Of a stretch of DNA of 64,000 bases, positions 53,961-64,000 are shown one piece after another. The number at the start of each line of letters is the position of its first letter. The first letter of the stretch is position 1. This stretch comes from Tubulanus polymorphus (Eukaryota > Animalia > Nemertea). The translations under genes were made by a program, and so were the position numbers. The stretch is taken from NCBI RefSeq assembly GCF_964204645.1, contig NC_134025.1:8742001-8806000 (forward strand), written 5' to 3'. The notes below the pieces were generated by a model, which was given only the letters and a program-made list of their open reading frames with translations, had not been told where the DNA came from and made no database searches.

Positions 53961-56727
53961 TCAACGGTAGAAACCACTCTTGATCAAACGGTCGAACAGA
54001 AATTTTACTTCGGACCACACACCGCTCGGCATACCCATAGCTAACAGTGGCTCCTGGTCATCGTTGGCGATGGCCTCAAGGGCATCCTTCAAATTCTGAT
54101 ATTGTTTCCTGTTAAGATTTACTCGGTGGCGGAAGTCGTCTATCGTTTGGCTCACTGCAAAAATCAAATCGGAAAATATTTGCAATTCGGTGGTCAAACA
54201 AGCCAAGACCATTCATAATGAATGTTCTCCAAGAAATAAGATTTATCAGCCCCCTGCCAAAGTCCGCTTAAAATCCACCTAGCTATAACTTATTATTCCT
54301 ATCGTGAATATGAATAAATGTTTAAGTAAAACATTCAACCACCATTATTGATGTTGGATGTTGGAGACGTCCATTCCTCTGACCCCCCCTCCATCACAAA
54401 ACATCAATTTTCTCGGAGAGAGACTGCATGTATCGAATTCAATCAGGGTACAGACTTGATGCTATGAAACGTCCGTAATTTAAACATGAATCACCATCAT
54501 CATCGTCATCATCAACATCATCTTCATCATCATTATCTCTGACAGAAAATACCGATTTCTTCGTCAATATGAATTGCAATTTTCTGAAGTAAAATTGATT
54601 CTTCACGCAGTAACCTACGCTACACGAATACCGCAAGGTTTTTGTTTTTTTTTTCTAAATTCATTTTACTACTTTTTATTCCGATCATTGATTCTAATGC
54701 ATCATCATTACAACGCCTATGATGCAATACGTTGTAATAGAATGATAATTGGTTGTATTTGATTTGATTTATCTACACGCATCTGTACCTAATCATTATT
54801 TATGTAGAGTTCAATTCAATTCATTTCGATCAGAAAGTCTGTAATGGAGACAAACACTCAGTTTGAAGCGTGCCGTTTGTCTATGCAACCCAGTATAATA
54901 TATTCAATTGAGTGACTATTTTACACTTAAAGCAATGCAAAACCCGATTTTATGTGACAGATGAAAAAGAAATAATTAAATGTGCCAAGACTGTAAATTG
55001 CGGCTTCCCTGAAGTCGTGTGTTTATGTTACGCTCGTGCGCCGTTAGATACAGCCATACATATACCTATGGATACTTTGCACGACATAATTGAATATAAT
55101 GATGAAATATAGCCTGTGAATTTATTTACATGGCAACGCAAATACTTGGTTGGATTGTTTCCTGGTCGCGCTGCACTGCGCAGTTTTAGTTTTATAACCC
55201 GATGAAATAATGCATTGCGTGCCTCCTGAGTTTGAACCACTACAGATCGAGTCGGGGCGTACGGTTTCGGTCACGTGTTTAATTGAAATATAATTTCATA
55301 AGTTCATTGGGTTCATTAGCCTTGTTTCGGTTTGCCGATCACTGGTGTTAATAGAGAACTCTCACTGGGTCGGTCGGAGCTCGACAGAAATAGAAATTAA
55401 TTAACTACTCAGTAATGATAGTTTCGTGTGCCGATAACTTAAAAATCGTTGGTGATGAAATGGAATTGAAAACGATTCCGAGTAAATGACCACCGTATAC
55501 CTTAGTCGCGTGTGCGTCATCCCTTCATTCAATTAGCAGTGATTGCAATATATTGCCTAAGGTTAATTGTTAAATTCTTCGGTGACGAACCGCGGCAAAA
55601 TTAATTAACTTAATTTATTATTAACGGGCCTTTTAAATTTCTTGCGTGTAACCCATCATGCGAAGTCAGAGCATCCCATATTATCGACACCGCTTTCGTC
55701 GGCACACTCTATTAGCCGCAGGGGAAATCACCGTGATGCAACAAACCTTAGGCGATATTATATTGCCATTTTCTTTGTATCTGATAGGTCGAAAGACATG
55801 AATTTTTGATAGATGAAGATCGTACATCATGCGGATCTCCCCTCTCATCCACACGGGAAAACGATCAACTCTCGATTGGCAACAGCTAACTGAATATTGC
55901 AATGAAAGCTATATAAAATCCCCATTTGTGACTGTTCGGTGAAAAGGTGGCCGAAAAGTGGATTGCAAGCCTGTAATTTGATTAACTTTTGCACCGAAAT
56001 CATCACAGCTTTTTGTATGTATGAAATGCGTGCATTTCTGTTCGAATGAAAAAGCTAAGTAAATTATACATTTTATAGATCTATCTATCTTTGCCATTTT
56101 GGTCTGTTATGTTAGTGCGAATTTAGTGATTTTTATGTAATGATAATCCTCACGGCGACATTAATGAACCGTTAAATTACGACCTGAATTTCAGGCACCG
56201 TGATTGTACCCGACGGTTATAGAATGACTATCGAGCAACAAAAAGCAAAAAAAAAATTATTGCAGACTAACGTAGCTTCATATAGTTGATAACATATTCA
56301 TTGTGAGTTAGAAATTCTTACCTGCTAAGTTGTGAACGATCGTAGATACCGGTGCATTGCCTAGCAGATGTGGCAGGATCCACCCTTTTTCCTTCCTAAT
56401 GAAATTTACCATGTCGTCTACAGGTGGTCTAACGGCTGTAATGATATTAAATAACATTCAGATGTTTTCATTTCTCGGCCAAAAGGTGTGTGTCTGAATT
56501 AACTCGAAATACATCCAGCAGTAGTTAGTGATAAAAACCAATAGATGGGAGGTCAACTTTTGAAATTGACTTTTTACTGAACATACCTGCGGTACATAGT
56601 TCTTCGTCTTCGTCGGAACCATCTCTACAGTCAAAGTTTTCATCGCAGACGAATTCCATAGAAATACATTGATTTGCTGATTTGCATGGCCATGGCTTTT
56701 CCTTTTCGTCGCAGGGGTTAAAATCAA
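53961..56727 (-). CDS. LDLa-domain prohormone-4 / IDLSRF-like neuropeptide precursor, last three exons (signal-peptide exon not found)
   Basis: Exon 56587-56727 DFNPCDEKEKPWPCKSANQCISMEFVCDENFDCRDGSDEDEELCTA (LDLa, DCxDGSDE). Exon 56322-56435 VRPPVDDMVNFIRKEKGWILPHLLGNAPVSTIVHNLA. Exon 53961-54154 VSQTIDDFRHRVNL...LLAMGMPSGVWSEVKFLFDRLIKSGFYR. This matches the remembered prohormone-4 layout. Confidence 0.85.
54493..54535. repeat. Imperfect (CAT)n microsatellite in the prohormone-4 intron
   Basis: CATCATCATCGTCATCATCAACATCATCTTCATCATCAT. Confidence 0.7.
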
Positions 56728-59700
56728 CTAAAAAATAAAAGAAGGTATACACTTTTTATTTCACTTGAATGAGATTTTGTAATGTGTGTTAATGAAAATG
56801 AACTACTATACGTCAAAGATACTAAATTTAAGAAGGCGGGGATTTCGCCTACGGTCATTATATTCGCTCTCACAAACTGGCCAACTAATGGTCGCTATAT
56901 AATTGATTTCACCATATATTCGCCTCTAGGTGTTTCATTAATATGAAATTGGACACTTTCAGTTTGTTCGTTCCCGTTGCTAGTCGAGACGGTGCTTATA
57001 ACCGAGGTTTAGTATCAGATTACTTTTGTCTGTTGCAGGTATGAACATGAATCTCATATTACCGCATCGTTGAATTCAAAAAGAGCAATGTCTGAAGTCT
57101 GTAGTAGTTGCGAACAAGATTGATACTGATATATGAAATTCATCCATGCGTGATTCAACGATACACATGAAGCATCTGTATCTGTACTGCGAGTTATTCA
57201 GAAATAATGCTAGGCGTTTTGAATTTAGAATTTTTTTTCTAAAGTTTTGGGGAATGTTCATAAATTTTTGTCGGTTTATAAAACACTTCACGTCGGCAGC
57301 CGTGTATTGTTCACGAAGCACTCACGGCATGGCGAGCCGCTTGCTTATGATTTCGTATGATTCCTCACGTATCCATATGTCCACATCAATCATCACTGAA
57401 GACTCTCAAAATTATCAAGGGACCGGGTACGGCCTACTCGGCCATCACTAACGATAACCTCAAAAACTCGTAGTTATTTATGTACGGTCACATAACTGAC
57501 GAGTTTCTAATCCGTTGTGAATCGACGTCGGATTCGGGTGTCCTGAGAATTCTGATTATGTTGAAATTTTTTGCCGTTCGCATTGTGTTAATGCGCAATT
57601 TGACTGTGAGAAAAAGATTAAGTCATTGACGGTCTTTCGATTCGAGAGCTTTTTAACCTAAGACAGAAGCAAAATTGAGATACATAGAGTCCGCAATTGA
57701 CGCGTTTCATGGTGGAATATTGGCAGCACGAAAATGTTGGAAAGAAATTTCTCTCATTACATATTCATCAACCGTCTGGTAGCTAGAAAAAACTTAACTT
57801 CATGGCTTTTACCTGAACCGTGTATCAGATTTAGCCATTGTTCAATGAAATAATGTTTTGCGGAGTCACATGTAAATTTAATATGGATCCGGATGATCTA
57901 GGGAAATGTCTTGAATCAGGGAAGTGTCTTGAATTTCAAACCGACAGCTTTTTATCTGCCGCTTGGAAGTGATAAATATTCTATTGGAACCCGAAGCCGA
58001 AAAATACCCGGATGAAAAGCACTAAAGCCCCCAGTATACAAATACTGCCACGTTTGGGTTCATAATTGCTTATCATCGCTGCATCCCACTGCGCCCATCG
58101 TGTACACAATATACGGAATGATTGTCTGTCAGATGTAATCTTAACAAAATCCCAGGCGTATATAAAATACCTAAGACGCACGGGTCCCGTGTCACTAGTT
58201 ATAAAACTATTCGTCAAGCGAACTATTTTTGTCGCTCGACGGTGGAAATAAATCTTGACTGATTTCATGATGTAGGCGCCCGGGTTAAAGGATTGGTACG
58301 TCTGACGTATGTACGCATATCTAACGTCGTTACCCGTATCCAAATGGAATTAAGCGAACTACACGCATTTCCCCATTCCGAACTGTAGGCGATATTTCAA
58401 ACTTCCCCAATATTCTCCATCCAATGACGGCCACCAGTATACCGGAAAAAACCGTAAACTGCATTTAGAACAAAGATCTCTTTGTGCCTCCTTTTATTCC
58501 AACCGCGTTTATTAAGATAAGCGATCAATTAACCCCCTGTTATGTTTAAAAGCGTTTCCCGTAGAATTTTGTAATCTAATTAGAATTTCTTGTAAGAATT
58601 TTAATTAGATCATTAATAGCCATCACTGGTAAAATGAAACGACGTGAAAACACAATATTCACGTCGCGTATAAATCGAGTTTAGTCACGCTTAGATTTTG
58701 ATTAACACGTCCAAGTTTTTATATAAACGCGTTTAAAACGATTTACACAAATAAATGTTAAAACAACCCCGAAATCCGTTCGTTGGCGCTCCCGAATTGA
58801 TGATAGATTTAAGTGTTTGTACCTTTGTGAACATTTTGACGTTCCCGAATGTCATCCCACGCACAATGAAGTAACGTTAAATTATCGTGATATGCGCGAT
58901 TAAATATGAAGACGAGAATATCTCCTTATCAAATTTAATCAATTTACCATCGTTTATCGTCTCTAAAACCTTATTGCGTACAGACACGATACATCTCACG
59001 AGACAATTCTGTCACTCTTTTTGTTATCGTATCACGAATATCATCCCTACGGTTGATTTTCCACCATTGGTTTTCGCTTGAATCAGAATAGAGCTATTTT
59101 TATTGCAATGTGCGGAAATCGGAGAAAAAATATGGACGATCAGATTTATAGATTTTTTTGGTGTTGAATCAGAATGCAAAATTGGAAATTTCAGTTACTC
59201 CGAAGAGACAATCGTCCATTCATTCTGAACAGGCAAGCGACTTGTTGGGTTTATTTTTTGCCCGTCTTATTTGTTAGGAGCTATAGGCCTAAGGTGCTAA
59301 TTCGCAGTTTTTGGGCGATCTTATTAGACTTTAATGGCCGAACGAATTTTCATTTTCGGTGTTGACAGCCATTTTCAACAATGGTGACACCGCCGTTCAA
59401 GTGATGTGAGCAGTCATTCCCGTCAAATAAAATATTCATTTGTGTATGATTAAATCTTTCGTGCTTATATTTCACAAACGCGAATATTTTTATATTGAAC
59501 TCGCCGTTGAATGCATGATGAATCCGTTGCATCCGTAGCAACGAGAGTTTTGGAATTCGATATGTGATCCATTTATTATGATATAATGCATTAATTCACT
59601 TATCATATGCGGGCGTCGTGTGGTGCCACGTCGTTGTTTCCTTCCTTCGTTTAATTCATCGAGAAATTTAGCGTCGATTTATTTTACCCACCTCACAACC

Positions 59701-62700
59701 ACCTACCATTCAAAAGTACGCTACGGATTTTCAAGTACAAAGTAGAATTCTTTCGTCGAACTCAGTTGTTCTTTACTTTTCGACGCCGTAAAAACCGTTA
59801 CAATAATGTTTATAAACATCGATTACTATAACATCGATGATAATAAACATCGATGCGTTATTGAAGGGGTCCAGTGAGTCGATGTGCACTACGTCATCAA
59901 TATTGGCGTTTCAAAAAATCAATCACATTTGTAAATTCTGACTTTAATTTTGTAATTTAATATATTTCGTGACTTTTTGGTAATGAATTTTGATTGGATG
60001 CGCCCTACGGTAACGGGGCTTGCCTGGTTAGACTGGATGCCGGTCAATTCAATTCAATTGTCAATATATTCAAATTCAAAATAACATTATTGATCCTTAA
60101 TATTGTATCATATTATTTACCGTCAACTATATCAGGCAATACATACGTGTTATTTTTCTTCAAGGCCCCAATAAACTTTCAAGTTAGTTTCCTTGTTCTT
60201 ACTACAATCAGTAAGCAAAGCCAACAGCACTTATTCTCACTGCGTTCCCATCAATATCCTTTATTATATAAGTCAATCCAAAGCACCAAAGAATTTACGT
60301 TTGATGGATGAATTGTTGATCCAAACAAATCAAGGTCGTCGGTGCTGAATTAAGGACATTCTGAATAGTCATATTGTAATTTTTGGAATTAATAATACAA
60401 GGCCTATATACTTTCCGTTAGTGTACGGGCGACATTGTTAACTTTTCAATTTACGTGAATCCATTTTAAATTCTATCATTAACATTCCCTCTATGTTGCG
60501 TTTGCTATGAAAAACGCCCATTTTAATCATCTAATAGCGCTCGTGGGATATCGCAACCTGATTTACCTCAAAAAGCAAATTCTACGCCATATGATTGATT
60601 TGATGTGCATATAGTTTAAATACATGCATGAAGCAAAACGAGTGCAAATTTCCCTCGTATTACACGCAGCTATTAGGGGTTTTAAGTGTTTGTTCAATTA
60701 TTTGATTAAATAAAGACAACGTAATCCTATATCTTTTACCAACCGTTCCAACTTTAGAAATGTCTTGTATGACTTGTATAGAACCATCCTTTGTGATTTG
60801 TATCAAATAAATTGCACGACTGCTCGATACGGGTATTCTTTGCTGATGAAAAAACCCCGTTCGACATATCTGAGAGCTCGTTGCTTGAATGCAGAATGAC
60901 CCGACTCAGCAGTTGGTGGAAATATATGAAAACGTACAAATCATTTCGGCACTGTTTGGGATGGGATTCGTCTTGGTAGGCGTCGACAATGGTGGACTTT
61001 TTTCAGTCTTTATGGGCATTCCACGCACCTCATTACGCCTTTTTCCGGCGACGCTGATGTAGCAGAATTGCCAAGCGTTTAGCGATTATACGAGCGCATA
61101 AGTGCTAAATTGAACGAGTAATTTCCCGCCAATAAATCCATAATATTTAACCAGAGGCTTGCTCACATTGATTACAACGATATGTTAATCTTTATGGCCT
61201 CTTGGCTATGAAATAGTTGTGATTTTGTCACAAGAAAAAAAAAACAATGGCGGCAAACGAACACGTCATTGTGACGGGGAAAAATCCGTCAACCAATCAA
61301 TGACTGTTCCCATAGATTCTTGTTCCCATATTCAATGAAGGATTGACTTGATGAAATTGATTTTAAAAATTGAACTTGAATATGGAACTTATACAACATT
61401 TCTATTTACATATTAAAGTCACCCGACGCCGGGCGCGCTATTGTATGTATTTATCGATAAGATCAGAATCGATTTCGCCGGTATATCTAGACATTTAGGA
61501 GAGACGCCAGAAGCTATCTTCGATGAGCAATTGCTTTGTATTTGATTCATGTAAATATTCTAAATATGATTAGATATGTATTCTAAGAGAAAGATTAAGT
61601 GTTCTTTCACTGAAATGACATTGCGATCGAAACCAGAATTGATTAGATGAATTTATTCTCCCTATTTGAACCATATACATGTAAATAAAACAAATATTAC
61701 GCCTTTAATGAGGTGTAGCTCTGGGCTATGTAAACGAAGAACTGCCGAGTAACTTAATTGAATATTTTAGGAGAATTTGAAGTTCATCATATACATTATT
61801 CGCTGTTCAATTAGACTTAGCTTTCATCTGTAAGCACGGATGGAAAACACGAATGGCGATATCCTACGCTGTCAATAAGAATTTGATTCATTATCAAAGC
61901 ATCTCATGATAATGGAGTTAAGGCTCAACACGGTACTTCATCGCTACTTATTAAGATAATCAGAAAATGTAGCCATCAGGCAGACATCGCCGAGCTTAAA
62001 CAGAAGCGCTTTGGTTACGCACCGGCCGACGTCGATCGCAGATATAATTAATATTGCCGTAACATTTCATCTGATAGTACGGCTAGAGGCGACAATCCGG
62101 CAACCTAAAACCAATCTTTGAATGTTAGTAAATTTCGGTATTCTAGGTTCATCGACGAATGACGATTATATTTTTAATATTATTGCAATGTAAGCTGCTG
62201 GAGACGCCGACGATATATACATATATATGTATTACCTTATATATATATTGTATAAACAAAGACCCATCGATTCGTACGTGAAACATTGATTGCTCCAAAA
62301 CCCATAAAAAGCCACTTTTTGAAATTTCCTATAACCGATATTACATATAACAAAACCTGTAGCGGTAATTTACCGTGTGAAGGGTAACGTATATAGCTGC
62401 TGCCATACAACGTTAAAAGCCGCAGTAACGGAATCGAACTGATGTTATTTAATACCACATTCAATGGTGAGCGTATACAAATAGCGATATTTCGACACAT
62501 GATTTCGTAAAATGTCGAATTCCGGTTCCTGCGTTCGATATTTTCAGGAAGCGTGATGGTAAGATCGCATACGCTTTGAGAGCATCTTGATACGTAAAGA
62601 TTAAGAAAAAGATGTCTCCTGTTTCAAATATAGACATACAACTTTTTGTGAAGTGACAATAGGATCACATGTGACGACGATGATATTATACACGATTTAA

Positions 62701-64000
62701 AAAAAAAACGTATTAAACGTCTCAAATTAACCCATGTTTTATAGGTCTTCATCCACGTCATGTTTGATTATGCACTTCAATAACTTCTCGTTTTCTCGTT
62801 TGCATATTTTTTCTACATTCTCGAAAGAGTTTATGTTTAGTCAGGAACTTTGATTTTGGATTTGACGAGTATGAAACATAATACTGACAAGTTCTCTCGG
62901 TAAAGCTTACTGAAAAGCTTCGGTTTCATCCTGTCACATTTGCAACGATAACTAGGATCTTCACATCACTTGAAATGATGCAACGGATAATCCGTAAAAT
63001 GTGATATAGATGTTTCTCTTGGTATTTCGTCTATTCAACAGCTGTGTACATTCACGTGATCTAGGAAACTTCCGATAAAACCTGGTACAAAGTCGATGGT
63101 CTTCACAGCTCGTGGACCGATTGCGGTCGTGGCCGTATCGTGTTATTGACCAACGGGATCTGACGATGTGGATGTGCCGTTAAAGAATCGACAAAATAAT
63201 TATCTAACGCGCGAGTTTATCGAAGAGCTGATTTTGAAAGAAGCAGAACTATCGAGAAAACTATTCATCAAGCAGTTTAACGGCGTTGAATTAAAAATCA
63301 ACCATCAACCAAACCAGAGAGGCTTAAAAAAGATTTTCCACACATGCTTTCATAAAATATCAATGAAGTTTAGGCCTGTATGATAAGCACCAGAAACGCT
63401 GAATAGAAGACTCAGTGTTTAAAGTCAAGAAGTAAAAATCCACGGTTGATTTTTTGAAAGGTTTCTTGTCTGACAGTTTCGGAGTTTATCAACATCAGAG
63501 AAACCGAAATGATATGATAATGGATAACAGCAATTTTACTGTAGAATTACTATAATTCATGATTATATCATTTTGGTTTCTCTGATGATGGATGGAGTTT
63601 ACGTAGATAAACTCCGAAACTGTCAGTTAATAACGTTCTAATCATAAACTGTGGGTTTTTACTTGTAAATAATACTTTAACATAACACTCGTAGAATGAC
63701 AAAGCCTGATACAGAATTAAGCTTATGTTGCAGTTCATATAAATGGATTTATTTTACATGTTCTAACGTTTGGATCGGATTTGGAACACAATTTGCATCA
63801 TAACAAGAAACGTAGGTGAACGTGCCAAAGCTTCCCTAACTTTTAAGTCTCATTTTAGTTTTACCCGTTGCTCAGCTCATGGAGTTCGAAAATATCACGA
63901 CGAAAATAGCAGTAAAACTCTATTCAATACACTAAATATAATTGAATATACATAACGGTGAATGCCCACCGAGGAAGCAATGAAAAATAAATGACTACCT

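Overview
Intron-rich, AT-rich genomic DNA from an invertebrate animal (probably a spiralian/lophotrochozoan; this is inferred from gene content and style only). Left to right the window holds: the 5' part of afadin (minus strand, running off the left edge); a MORC3/4-like GHKL-ATPase/CW-finger gene head-to-head with it, containing a minor (U12) intron and a telomere-repeat/tRNA-like MITE in intron 1; NSUN6 (minus); a very large unrecognised plus-strand gene (19386-45974); SLC38A11 (minus); and the 3' exons of an LDLa-domain prohormone-4/IDLSRF-like neuropeptide precursor (minus). The last ~7 kb are apparently non-coding. The highlight is the 26.6-kb gene. By hand I can splice it into 32 exons, all joined by phase-1 introns, giving about 7,700 aa. 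It carries about 21 tandem TIR-like (flavodoxin-fold) domains, most preceded by a short W-containing helical module, and none has the catalytic Glu at the canonical NADase position. Its middle is a recent, mosaic ~1.17-kb exon+intron tandem amplification, and its promoter has RFX X-box-like motifs. All homology calls come from motif recognition by eye; no searches were run.
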